This document shows, in pieces, positions 47,247 through 56,508 of a stretch of DNA of 64,000 nucleotides. Source of the DNA: an uncultured Alphaproteobacteria bacterium (GTDB taxonomy: Bacteria > Pseudomonadota > Alphaproteobacteria > Rhizobiales > Xanthobacteraceae); contig OY970184.1 in assembly GCA_963708125.1 (NCBI GenBank), positions 4,623,010 to 4,687,009 on the forward strand, in the 5' to 3' direction. A program made the position numbers and the translations under genes. Each line of letters starts with the position of its first letter. The stretch's first letter is position 1. The notes beneath the pieces are model-generated. The model saw nothing but the letters and a program-made list of their open reading frames with translations. It was not told the DNA's origin and searched no databases.

Positions 47247-47419
47247 TATGAGACCCCTTTTTTCGGCATTGGCAAAGCCGAAGCCGCGACCGATCTTAGC
47301 ACCTTTGCCGGCCGATTTTTGATTTTTGACGGGCGATTTCGATTACGATATGGGACGCCGCATCCAGAAACCTGGCGCACCTTGCGGCGCAACTCTGGCG
47401 CGGGCGCGGAAAAAAGGCG

Positions 47420-48040
47420 ATGACCATCCGCTTCCATCGCGGCGATCTGCCGGATTTGGCCCACTATGCGGGCGCACGCGCAGCCGCGATCGACACCGAG
47501 ACGATGGGGCTCAGTCTTGGCCGTGACCGGCTCTGCCTAGTGCAGCTGTCGCCCGGGGACGGTTCGGCCGACGTCGTGCAAATCGCGCGGGAGGCAGCCG
47601 ACGCGCCCAATCTTAAACGACTTCTTTCCGACTCCGGTATCCTCAAGATCTTCCACTTCGCGCGCTTCGACCTCGCCATGCTGCAAAAGACGTTCGCCAT
47701 CATGCCGCAGCCGGTTTTTTGCACTAAGATCGCCTCCCGGTTGAGCCGCACCTATACGGACAAGCACGGCCTGAAAGACCTGGTGCGCGAGGTGCTCGGC
47801 CACGAGCTGTCGAAACAGCAGCAGCTCTCCGACTGGGGCGCCTCGGCGCTGACCGACGCACAGCTTTCCTATGCGGCGTCCGACGTTCTCTATCTGCACG
47901 CGCTCAAGGAGAAGCTCGAAGCCATGTTGGCGCGCGAGGACCGCGAAACACTGGCCGCAGCTTGCTTCCGCTTCCTGCCCGACCGGGTGCGGCTCGACCT
48001 CGCCGGCTTTGCCAACGACGATATATTCGCTCATTCATAG
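47420..48040 (+). CDS. ribonuclease D-like 3'-5' exonuclease (short form, 206 aa)
   Basis: AIDTETMGLSLGRDRLCLVQL...KIFHFARFDLAML...SDWGASALTDAQLSYAASDVLYLHAL (DEDD exonuclease motifs). Confidence 0.85.
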   Translation: MTIRFHRGDLPDLAHYAGARAAAIDTETMGLSLGRDRLCLVQLSPGDGSADVVQIAREAADAPNLKRLLSDSGILKIFHFARFDLAMLQKTFAIMPQPVFCTKIASRLSRTYTDKHGLKDLVREVLGHELSKQQQLSDWGASALTDAQLSYAASDVLYLHALKEKLEAMLAREDRETLAAACFRFLPDRVRLDLAGFANDDIFAHS

Positions 48041-48180
48041 CCCTTGGCGCCTGGCCGGAGCCGGCCATTGCCTGGCAGGCGGCCCCGCCGGGGCCACATT
48101 CGTCGGCCACTCTTGCGCGGCAGAGCTGAAAGGTGGAGACTCTGGACCGTATCGGGGAGACGGTTTGAGGGGGGAAGAGC

Positions 48181-48879
48181 TTGGCGAGCATCTCCTTTGC
48201 CAGCGCGGATCGCAGATCGAATTATCAGGCGCAGTCTCGTCGCGATAGCGCACGCATCTATCGGCGGGCACTGCGTCACAGCCGCCACGTGCGCCTGCTG
48301 CGCATCGGCCTTATCGTCATGCTCGGCTTGGTCCTCGTTGGCACGGTGATCGAAAATTATCTGCCGTCGGTCGGCGGCCTTCACCTTCCGGCCGAACTCA
48401 GCGGGCTAGTGATCAACGGCACGAAGATCACCATGCAGGAGCCACGGATGACCGGCTACACCGGCGACAACCGCGCCTACGAGTTCAGAGCCAGTGCCGC
48501 GGCGCAGGACATCACCAAGCCGGATCTGGTGCAGCTTGAGCAGATCCGCGCCAAAATGGCGATGGCCGATAAGAGCATCGTGCATCTGTGGGCCGATAAT
48601 GGCATCTACAACACCAAAGGCGACATGCTCACGCTCAACGATCATATTCGGCTTGTCTCGACCACCGGTTACGAGGCGCGCTTGAGCCAGGCGCTGGTCG
48701 ACATGCGCCAAGGCAATGTGGTGTCCGATACGCCAGTCTGGGTGAAGCTTCTTAACGGCGATCTTAACGCGAAGCATCTGGAAATCGTCGACAAAGGCGA
48801 TGTGGTCCGTTTCAACGACGTGACAATGATTCTGCAGTCGAGCGCACAAAGCAGCAAGACGGCCCAAGCTCAGCAATGA
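48181..48879 (+). CDS. lptC: LPS export protein LptC
   Basis: An N-terminal TM anchor (LLRIGLIVMLGLVLVGTVI) plus a beta-jellyroll-type sequence. The call rests on its position directly upstream of lptA-lptB-rpoN. Confidence 0.75.
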   Translation: MASISFASADRRSNYQAQSRRDSARIYRRALRHSRHVRLLRIGLIVMLGLVLVGTVIENYLPSVGGLHLPAELSGLVINGTKITMQEPRMTGYTGDNRAYEFRASAAAQDITKPDLVQLEQIRAKMAMADKSIVHLWADNGIYNTKGDMLTLNDHIRLVSTTGYEARLSQALVDMRQGNVVSDTPVWVKLLNGDLNAKHLEIVDKGDVVRFNDVTMILQSSAQSSKTAQAQQ

Positions 48880-49514
48880 AACGCAAGGTTCGACTTTGCA
48901 TCATCGTGGCGACTTTGGCCGTGACGGCTTCGGCCGCCGCGCAAGGGGCGGCACAGGGCCTGCTGCACGGCGACCGGGGGCGTTCGCAGGGCAAGGACCT
49001 GCCCGTGCAGATCGACGCGAAGACGCTCGAAGTCCGTGACAAGAGCAAAATCGCGACTTTTACCGGTGCCGTCAAAGTGGTGCAGGGCGACACCACGATG
49101 CATTGCGACAAACTCGTCGTCTTTTACGGCCAAGAAATCGGCATTGCCGACAACAAGCCGGCCGTGCAGGCCAGCGCCGATTCGGGCGTGGTGCCGGGAG
49201 CGCAAAACATCCGGCGCATCGAAGCGCGCGGCAACGTCACCGTCACCGACAAAGATCAGAGCGCCAGCGGCAACATCGGCGTGTATGATTTGCGGGCAAA
49301 GACCATCACGTTAACCGGCAATGTGGTGGTCAGCCAGGGCAACAACGTCATCCACGGCGAGCGCGTCGTGGTCGACACCGTGACCGGAAACGCCCACGTC
49401 GAAGCCGCCCAAGGCACGAGCCAGGGTCGGGTCCGCGCATTGATTATTCCCAACAAAGATGGCAAGGGGCGCCAGGGTAATTTCATGACCGTCGGGCCGG
49501 GCGCGACCAGGTGA
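48876..49514 (+). CDS. lptA: LPS transport periplasmic protein LptA (OstA-like)
   Basis: A signal peptide (LCIIVATLAVTASAAAQG) followed by repeated OstA-type strands (...ATFTGAVKVVQGDTTMHCDKLVVFY...ITLTGNVVVSQGNNVIHGERVVVD). Confidence 0.8.
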   Translation: MKRKVRLCIIVATLAVTASAAAQGAAQGLLHGDRGRSQGKDLPVQIDAKTLEVRDKSKIATFTGAVKVVQGDTTMHCDKLVVFYGQEIGIADNKPAVQASADSGVVPGAQNIRRIEARGNVTVTDKDQSASGNIGVYDLRAKTITLTGNVVVSQGNNVIHGERVVVDTVTGNAHVEAAQGTSQGRVRALIIPNKDGKGRQGNFMTVGPGATR

Positions 49515-49629
49515 TAGGCGTCGCGGCGTCCCCGAGGTGAGAAAAATCGGCTAGAATTTTGATCGACAACCCTCGTTCTTTTCCTGGTCGAGAGCGAAGC
49601 GGCGAGGAGCGACGCGGCGCGAGATTGGC

Positions 49630-50706
49630 GTGTTGAACCTCTTCTCATATCTTCGTTCGGGCACCGCGCGGCTGCGCCGCCAGCCGATCGCCATGGTCGA
49701 AGCCATCGACCTTGCCTCGATCGGCGGGGCCATCGAGACCGCGTATTTCGACATCGCAAGTCTGTCCCCTCGCGCCAGGAAGGCGCGCGGCAAGCCGCCG
49801 GCGCGACGGCCCAAGCCGGATCTGCCGGAGGCGCCGCAGCAGCCGCCCAAGAAGGAGCGGCAGGAGCCGCCGCCGCGCCCCCTCAAGCGAGATCGCAACG
49901 AGCCGGGAGGAGCGCAGCCGCAACGCCAACCCAGCCGGCCGCGGCGGCGCAGTGAAGGCGGCGGCCTCACCCACGGCGACCGCAAGAGCCTGCTCCGCGT
50001 CGACGGCGTCGAAAAGAGCTTCGTCGGACGCAAGGTGGTCAAAGAGGTCAGTCTCTATGTGCGCCGCGGCGAGGCGGTGGGGCTGCTCGGCCCCAACGGC
50101 GCCGGCAAGACGACGGTGTTCTACATGATCACTGGCCTCATCAAGGCCGACCAGGGCCACATCGAGCTCGACGGCAACGACGTCACCCAATTGCCGATGT
50201 ATCAGCGCGCACGGCTGGGCATCGGCTATCTTCCCCAGGAAGCGTCGATTTTCCGCGGCCTGAGCGTCGAGCAGAATATCCGCGCAGTGCTCGAAGTTGT
50301 CGAACCGGATGTGCGACGGCGCGAGCGCGATCTCGACGCGTTGCTCGACGAGTTTAATATCGCCCGGCTGCGCAAAACGCCGTCGATTGCTCTCTCTGGC
50401 GGCGAGCGTCGGCGCGTCGAGATTGCCCGCGCGCTGGCGACTCGGCCCAATTACATGCTGCTCGACGAGCCGTTCGCCGGCATCGATCCCATCGCCGTAG
50501 GCGACATCCAGGCGCTGGTGCGACACCTCACGAATCGCGGCATCGGTGTGCTGGTCACCGACCACAACGTGCGCGAAACGCTCGGCCTTACCGACCGTGC
50601 CTACATCATCTATTCCGGTGAGGTGCTGATGGAGGGCCGGGCCGATGAAATCGTCAACAACCCCGACGTGCGGCGGCTCTATCTCGGAGAGGAGTTCCGG
50701 CTCTAG
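49630..50706 (+). CDS. lptB: LPS export ABC transporter ATPase LptB (start uncertain; ORF carries an approximately 115-aa low-complexity leader)
   Basis: The core reads LLRVDGVEKSFVGRKVVKEVSLYVRRGEAVGLLGPNGAGKTT...LSGGERRRVEIARALA...LLDEPFAGIDP...HNVRE. Confidence 0.85.
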   Translation: MLNLFSYLRSGTARLRRQPIAMVEAIDLASIGGAIETAYFDIASLSPRARKARGKPPARRPKPDLPEAPQQPPKKERQEPPPRPLKRDRNEPGGAQPQRQPSRPRRRSEGGGLTHGDRKSLLRVDGVEKSFVGRKVVKEVSLYVRRGEAVGLLGPNGAGKTTVFYMITGLIKADQGHIELDGNDVTQLPMYQRARLGIGYLPQEASIFRGLSVEQNIRAVLEVVEPDVRRRERDLDALLDEFNIARLRKTPSIALSGGERRRVEIARALATRPNYMLLDEPFAGIDPIAVGDIQALVRHLTNRGIGVLVTDHNVRETLGLTDRAYIIYSGEVLMEGRADEIVNNPDVRRLYLGEEFRL

Positions 50707-50801
50707 CCGGCTACGCAAGCGCAGTGGAAATGTGTTGACGGAAATGCGTCCGACTGCTTTCTGAACGTTTTCCGAAAGCAAGAATCGGACCAACTTGCTC
50801 C

Positions 50802-52307
50802 ATGGCACTGATCCACCGGCTGCAGCTTCGGCAAAGCCAAGCTTTGATAATGACGCCGCAGCTGATGCAAGCCATCAAGCTGCTGGCGCTTTCCAATCTC
50901 GATCTGGCGGCCTACGTGGACGCCGAGCTTGAGCGCAATCCAGTGCTCGACCGCGCCGGTGAGAACGAGGCGGGCTCAGGCGAGGGCGACGGCTCACAAC
51001 AGCCGGACCAGGCTCCTGGCGACGGCGATGACTGGAACCGCGGCACGCCCACGGATACGGGCGAGACGGCAGCGCCAGGCGCGCTCGAAGACGCCGCTAC
51101 CGACGATGCGGAACCGATCTGGCGGAGGCACAATTCTGATTTGCCGGCGGGATATTCGGAATGGGCCGGCGTGCGCTCCGGCGGCCGCGACGATGGCGAG
51201 TACAACCTAGAGGCGTTCGTAACGGCCGAAACCACGCTTGCCGACTGGCTGCGCGAACAGCTTGTTCTTGCCATTGGCGATCCCGCCCGCCGGATGATCG
51301 GTCAGTACCTGATCGACCTTGTCGACAACTCCGGATATCTCACGGGCGAGCTTGCCGCGGCGGCGGAAAAGCTGGGCACCGGCACGACCGAGGTCGAGTC
51401 CGTTCTCAAAATCCTGCAGACTTTCGATCCGCCTGGGGTATGCGCCCGCGATCTGGCCGAATGCCTCGCGATCCAGCTCAAGGAGCAGGACCGCTTCGAC
51501 CCCGCCATGCAGGCCCTGGTTTCGCGCCTTGATCTCTTGGCGCGGCGCGACCTTGCCGGGCTAAAGAAGATCTGCGGCGTCAGTGACGATGATCTCGTCG
51601 ACATGATCGCGGAGATCCGCCGCCTCAATCCGAAGCCCGGCCTCGCCTTTGGCACCGCCACCGTGCAGCCGATCGTGCCGGACGTGTTCGTCCGGCCGGC
51701 GCCTAACGGAGCCTGGCTGATCGAGCTCAATTCCGACACGCTGCCGAAAGTTCTCGTCAACCAGCGCTACTATGCCGAAGTTTCGGCGACGGTGCGCCGC
51801 GACACCGAAAAATCCTATCTGGTCGATTGCCTGCAGAGCGCTACCTGGCTGGTGCGCGCGCTCGACCAGCGCGCTCGCACCATTCTCAAAGTCGCCAACG
51901 AAATCGTGCGCCAGCAGGATGGATTCTTCGCCCATGGCATCGAACATCTGCGGCCGCTCAATCTGAAGACCGTGGCCGAGGGCATCGGCATGCATGAATC
52001 GACTGTGTCGCGGGTCACCTCCAACAAATACATGGCCACCAATCGCGGTATTTTTGAACTGAAATACTTCTTTACCTCCGCCATTGCCGCTGCCCATGGC
52101 GGCGAGGCGCATTCCGCCGAGTCCGTGCGCCACCGCATCAAGCAATTGATCGATGGCGAAACCGAGGTGTTGTCCGACGACACCATCGCGGAAAAGCTGC
52201 GCGAGGCCGGCATCGACATAGCGCGGCGTACGGTCGCAAAATACCGTGAGGCCATGCGCATTCCCTCATCCGTGCAACGTCGACGGGAGAAGCGGCGGGT
52301 TCCCTAA
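50802..52307 (+). CDS. rpoN: RNA polymerase sigma-54 factor RpoN
   Basis: Region I is MALIHRLQLRQSQALIMTPQLMQAIKLL. The C-terminus has the HTH and the RpoN box (ARRTVAKYREAMRIPSS). Confidence 0.95.
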   Translation: MALIHRLQLRQSQALIMTPQLMQAIKLLALSNLDLAAYVDAELERNPVLDRAGENEAGSGEGDGSQQPDQAPGDGDDWNRGTPTDTGETAAPGALEDAATDDAEPIWRRHNSDLPAGYSEWAGVRSGGRDDGEYNLEAFVTAETTLADWLREQLVLAIGDPARRMIGQYLIDLVDNSGYLTGELAAAAEKLGTGTTEVESVLKILQTFDPPGVCARDLAECLAIQLKEQDRFDPAMQALVSRLDLLARRDLAGLKKICGVSDDDLVDMIAEIRRLNPKPGLAFGTATVQPIVPDVFVRPAPNGAWLIELNSDTLPKVLVNQRYYAEVSATVRRDTEKSYLVDCLQSATWLVRALDQRARTILKVANEIVRQQDGFFAHGIEHLRPLNLKTVAEGIGMHESTVSRVTSNKYMATNRGIFELKYFFTSAIAAAHGGEAHSAESVRHRIKQLIDGETEVLSDDTIAEKLREAGIDIARRTVAKYREAMRIPSSVQRRREKRRVP

Positions 52308-52408
52308 TTTGTTCCTGCGCCACGCGCCTGTTCAAAAGAGATGGCACCGCGTTGACTAGGCCCCGCTCAGTAACTAGCTCGGTCAGAGCACCGCTTGCGG
52401 AGGCTCCC

Positions 52409-52978
52409 ATGTCATTCCGCGTCTCCGGAAAACATCTCGACGTCGGCGAGGCCTTACGCGAACGCGTGAGCGAACGGATCGCCGAAGCCATGGGCAAGTA
52501 CTTCGACGGCGGCTATTCGGGGCACGTGACGCTCGAGCGGGAGGGCTTTGGCTTCCGCACCGAATGTGCCATTCATCTCGATTCCAAGGTGACGTTGCAT
52601 GCCGAAGGCATGGCGGCCGACGCCTATGCGAGCGCCGACCAGGCGGCGCTGCGGATCGAAAAGCGTCTGCGCCGGTATCATCGCCGGCTGAAGGATTATC
52701 GGCCCGAACGGTTCGAGCTCGACGGTACAAGCTACGTCATTGCTGCCCCAGAAGCGTCGAGCGAAGCCGAGATGGACGGCTTCACGCCCGTCATCATTGC
52801 CGAGCCGACCACCGTGTTCAAACAGATGTCCGTCAGCGACGCGGTGGCGGTGCTCGATATGACCGGCGCTCCGGTCGTGGTGTTCCGGCATGCCGCCCAC
52901 GGGGGAATCAATGTGGTCTACCGGCGCCCGGACGGGCATTTCGGCTGGGTCAACCCGCAGACTACGGATGCCCATTGA
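52409..52978 (+). CDS. hpf: ribosome hibernation promoting factor (long HPF)
   Basis: MSFRVSGKHLDVGEALRERVSERI... plus the C-terminal dimerisation domain. It occupies the canonical position after rpoN. Confidence 0.85.
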   Translation: MSFRVSGKHLDVGEALRERVSERIAEAMGKYFDGGYSGHVTLEREGFGFRTECAIHLDSKVTLHAEGMAADAYASADQAALRIEKRLRRYHRRLKDYRPERFELDGTSYVIAAPEASSEAEMDGFTPVIIAEPTTVFKQMSVSDAVAVLDMTGAPVVVFRHAAHGGINVVYRRPDGHFGWVNPQTTDAH

Positions 52979-53157
52979 CGCGGGTCGAGACGCTCCCTAT
53001 GGTCCGCCGCCCTGGAGCACGATCGGCGCGTGGCCTTTGTCTCCGTAAGGTCATGCTGATGCACAAAGGCAAAACGACAACAACCGTCCGTTGCAGCCAC
53101 GCTTGCGATTAAGGCTCCCAGCGCAGGCCGCCGCCTCGCTTTTCTCAGGTTCCACTT

Positions 53158-53619
53158 ATGCAGCTTACCGATCTCGTTGCGTCGAACGCAATTCTCCCGG
53201 CGCTCAAGGTCAATGGCAAGAAGCAGGCGTTGCACGAGCTCGCCGCCCGCGCCGCCGTGCTCACAGGCCAGAGCGAACGCGCGATTTTCGAAATTCTCGT
53301 GCAGCGGGAGAAGCTCGGCTCAACCGCCGTGGGCAACGGCATTGCCATTCCGCACGGCAAATTACCGAACCTCACACGACTGTTCGGCTTGTTCGCCCGG
53401 CTCGATCGGCCGGTCGACTTCGAGGCCCTCGATGGCCAGCCGGTCGACCTGATTTTTCTGCTGCTGGCGCCCGAAAGCGCCGGGGCCGATCACCTGAAAG
53501 CTTTGGCGCGCGTGGCACGGCTCCTGCGCGACCCGGCGGTCGCCCACAAGCTACGGGCCTCGCACGACGCCGAAGCGCTCTACGCCGTTCTGGCCATGCC
53601 GCCGGCCTCCGCCGCGTAG
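53158..53619 (+). CDS. ptsN: PTS IIA-Ntr (nitrogen regulatory EIIA)
   Basis: ...LVQREKLGSTAVGNGIAIPHGKL...VDLIFLLLAPE...HLKALARVARLL. Confidence 0.9.
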   Translation: MQLTDLVASNAILPALKVNGKKQALHELAARAAVLTGQSERAIFEILVQREKLGSTAVGNGIAIPHGKLPNLTRLFGLFARLDRPVDFEALDGQPVDLIFLLLAPESAGADHLKALARVARLLRDPAVAHKLRASHDAEALYAVLAMPPASAA

Positions 53620-53697
53620 GCCTGGTCGCAACAAATGGGCCGCGGCAGAATCAATTAAGGCGCAGCCGCCCAGCATTCGCGAATCCGTCGTGACTGG

Positions 53698-53979
53698 TCA
53701 ATGCACGCTGACCGTCTCCAGTTCCTGGCTCCAGGCGTTGGCGATGGCCGCCTCCAGGCTATCGGTCAGCATCATCGGCGTGCCGTCGGCGGCGTGCAGT
53801 GCGAAAAGCTTCAGCCCGGGGGCGATTTCCGGCGCCTGCGGGAACAGCGCGGGAACGTCTTCCGAACGGATCGCCTTCACATAGGCAATCTGCCCATCCC
53901 CCAGCTGCGCAAGCGCCTCTTCAGTCATTTTGAGCTTCGCGCTCTCGATACGGTTCAGTTGATTTATCATGTCCCTCAA
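53698..53979 (-). CDS. DUF1150 family protein
   Basis: ...LAQLGDGQIAYVKAIRSEDVPALFPQAPEIAPGLKLFALHAADGTPMMLTDSLEAAIANAW. It is downstream of hsp20, the usual alphaproteobacterial arrangement. Confidence 0.7.
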   Translation of the reverse strand: MRDMINQLNRIESAKLKMTEEALAQLGDGQIAYVKAIRSEDVPALFPQAPEIAPGLKLFALHAADGTPMMLTDSLEAAIANAWSQELETVSVH

Positions 53980-54028
53980 TTCCTGCCTGTATTAACTGCT
54001 TCGAGTGCTCGCGGGTTTCATTAGTCCA

Positions 54029-54454
54029 TTAGTCGCATTCATTGATTGCGATCGATTTCACGATGCGCTCGGGCTGCGGACGTGCCAGGTCGATCGACAG
54101 CAATCCGTTCTTTAAATCTGCGCCTAACACCTGCATGCCGTCGGCCAGGACGAAAACGCGCTGGAACTGGCGCGCCGCGATGCCGCGATGGACGTATTGC
54201 CGACTTTTGTCGTCCTGCTGGCGGCCGCGAATGACGAGCTGGCTCTCCTCCACGGATATATCGAGCTGGTCGCGGGTGAAGCCAGCCACCGCCAAGGTGA
54301 TCCGCAGCCGTTCCGGACCATTCCCGTCGCGGGGAATACGTTCGATATTGTAAGGGGGATACCCATCCGCGGCCTTGCCCACTCGATCGAGCACACGCTC
54401 GATCTCGTCGAAGCCAAGCAGAAACGGGCTCGAAAGCGAGGAAACCCGGGACAT
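54029..54454 (-). CDS. Hsp20/IbpA family small heat-shock protein
   Basis: MSRVSSLSSPFLLGFDEIERVLDRV...YPPYNIERI...ITLAVAGFTRDQLDISVEESQLVIRG...GIAARQFQRVFVLADGMQV. Confidence 0.85.
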   Translation of the reverse strand: MSRVSSLSSPFLLGFDEIERVLDRVGKAADGYPPYNIERIPRDGNGPERLRITLAVAGFTRDQLDISVEESQLVIRGRQQDDKSRQYVHRGIAARQFQRVFVLADGMQVLGADLKNGLLSIDLARPQPERIVKSIAINECD

Positions 54455-54678
54455 GGCCAAAGCCCTTCGCAAGCGACTTTGCGGGGCCCTTTCGGCGCCC
54501 CAAGGCGCCGTGCCAGACACTTCGGCACAGCCGAGCTAATATGGAGTCGGCAAACCGGCCGTTCAAGAATCAGCGCCGAATGACGTTGTGCGCCGCGGCA
54601 GATCCGCCAGTGTGTCGATTAACAATTCCGGCAGCCCGGTTCATTCCGATCTGGGAACCAATCAGCCCCCGGCAGCTA

Positions 54679-56457
54679 TCACGCGGCTGAGCTTCTGGGT
54701 GTCCGACGCAGTGAGGCGCGCAGCTTTTCGGTGGCCTGCAGATCGGCCACCAAGTTGTCCGGGTCGAGCACGACCCCATAGAGCTCGCGTGCCGCCTCAA
54801 CCGAGATATAGCCCTGCCTGGCGTCGGCCTCGACGGCGGCAACCGGTCGGTCGAGAGGCGATCCGTAGCCACCGCCGCCGCCGGAGCGCATGCGAAAGGC
54901 ATCGCCCGGCTCGAGATAGGCCACCAAAACCTTGGCGTTCGGGAAATCGGTTTTCCACTTGCCGCCGACCCGGATCGCCACCTCGTTGCCGGTAGCTTCG
55001 CCGCCTTCTGCCAGACCCCACGGCTTGCAATGGGCGCGCTCGACATGGCTGTTGAAGGTCATGGGCACGCGCGCCCGCACGACTCGTTCGAGCCCAAGCC
55101 CGCCGCGATAACGCCCCGGTCCGCCGGAATCGGCGATGAGGGCGTAGCGCTCGACCACAAGCGGAAATTTGACCTCCGACTGTTCGCTCGGGGAATTGTG
55201 GGTATCGCCGTCATTGATGCAGACGGTCGCCGAGACGCCGTCCTCATTGTGCTTGGCGCCCCAGCCGCCGCCGAGCGGCCCGAAATTGGCGAGGAAAAAT
55301 TCCGCGGTTCTGGTGTTGACGCCGTGCGCGGCAGCCACCACCAGGTCGGCGTGGTGGCCGGCAATGACCCGATCCGGAATGACCGGCGCGAGCGCCTTGA
55401 ACACGGTATCGACAATGGTCATCGGATACGTCATCCACCAGCGCATCGGCGCCGGACGGACCGCGCTGACCACGCGGCCTGGCGGCACGATCGCCTTGAG
55501 GCTGCGGAACGAGCCGTCATTGATCGGATAATCGGTCGGCGAGGTGAGGCACTTGTAGGCCACCTGCGAGCACGCATACCCGGTGGTCACGCCGGAATTG
55601 AACGAACCACGCACCTGCCGCGAAACATCGGTGAGATCGACCGTCATCTCGTCGCCTTTGACAATGACCTTAAGGCGGATCGGCACCTTCTTGCCGATCT
55701 CGACGCCGTCGTCGTCCATGAACGATTCAGCCTCGTAGACGCCGTCAGGGATCGACCGCGTGCGCGTTCGCGCCATGACCTCGGAATGATCCATGATCGC
55801 CTTAATTGCGCCCAACACTTCGTCGCGGCCGTAACGTTCGACCAGTTCGAGAAAACGCCGCTCGCCGGTCTTCACCGCCGTGATCTGGGCGCGCAGATCG
55901 CCCATGGCGCGGCTCGGCAGACGCACGTTTTGCTTGATCATCTCGATCAGCGTCTCGTCCGGCTTGCCGCGCTCGTACAGTTTCAGGATCGGAATTTGCA
56001 GCCCTTCGGAGAAAATATCGGTGGTGATGCCGCCGAGCGTGCCGCCGATATCGAGCCAATGCGCCATGCAGCAGGAGAAGCCGACCAGCACGCCTTTGTG
56101 GAAGATCGGCAGCGTCAGCGTGACGTGATTAAGATGGCTGCCGGTGAGATAGGAATCGTTGGTGACGTAGATGTCGCCCGGCCGCATGGCCTCGCGGCCG
56201 AAGTGCCGGATCTTGGCTTTCACGGTCTCGGCCATGCCGCGAATGAACATCGGCAGGCCGATGCCGATCGAAACGGTTTCGCCGTCGGCGGTGAACAGGC
56301 CGGTGGTGAAATCCAGCGCCTCGTAAATGATGATATTGTAGGCGGTGCGCATGAGATTGGTCTTCATCTCCTCGGTCACCGCGATCACGCCGTTGCGCAC
56401 GATCTCGGTAACGACTGGATCCGCCTTGGGCGCTGTCTTTCTTTTCTTGCTCGCCAT
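54679..56457 (-). CDS. hyuB: hydantoinase B/oxoprolinase family protein
   Basis: DPVVTEIVRNGVIAVTEEMKTNLMRTAYNIIIYEALDFTTGLF... It is full length (592 aa) and adjacent to hyuA. Confidence 0.85.
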   Translation of the reverse strand: MASKKRKTAPKADPVVTEIVRNGVIAVTEEMKTNLMRTAYNIIIYEALDFTTGLFTADGETVSIGIGLPMFIRGMAETVKAKIRHFGREAMRPGDIYVTNDSYLTGSHLNHVTLTLPIFHKGVLVGFSCCMAHWLDIGGTLGGITTDIFSEGLQIPILKLYERGKPDETLIEMIKQNVRLPSRAMGDLRAQITAVKTGERRFLELVERYGRDEVLGAIKAIMDHSEVMARTRTRSIPDGVYEAESFMDDDGVEIGKKVPIRLKVIVKGDEMTVDLTDVSRQVRGSFNSGVTTGYACSQVAYKCLTSPTDYPINDGSFRSLKAIVPPGRVVSAVRPAPMRWWMTYPMTIVDTVFKALAPVIPDRVIAGHHADLVVAAAHGVNTRTAEFFLANFGPLGGGWGAKHNEDGVSATVCINDGDTHNSPSEQSEVKFPLVVERYALIADSGGPGRYRGGLGLERVVRARVPMTFNSHVERAHCKPWGLAEGGEATGNEVAIRVGGKWKTDFPNAKVLVAYLEPGDAFRMRSGGGGGYGSPLDRPVAAVEADARQGYISVEAARELYGVVLDPDNLVADLQATEKLRASLRRTPRSSAA

Positions 56458-56508
56458 GGTCCTTCATCGGCTCCGGTTCAAGTTAAGTCATGTCCTCTCG
56501 GTCCGCGG

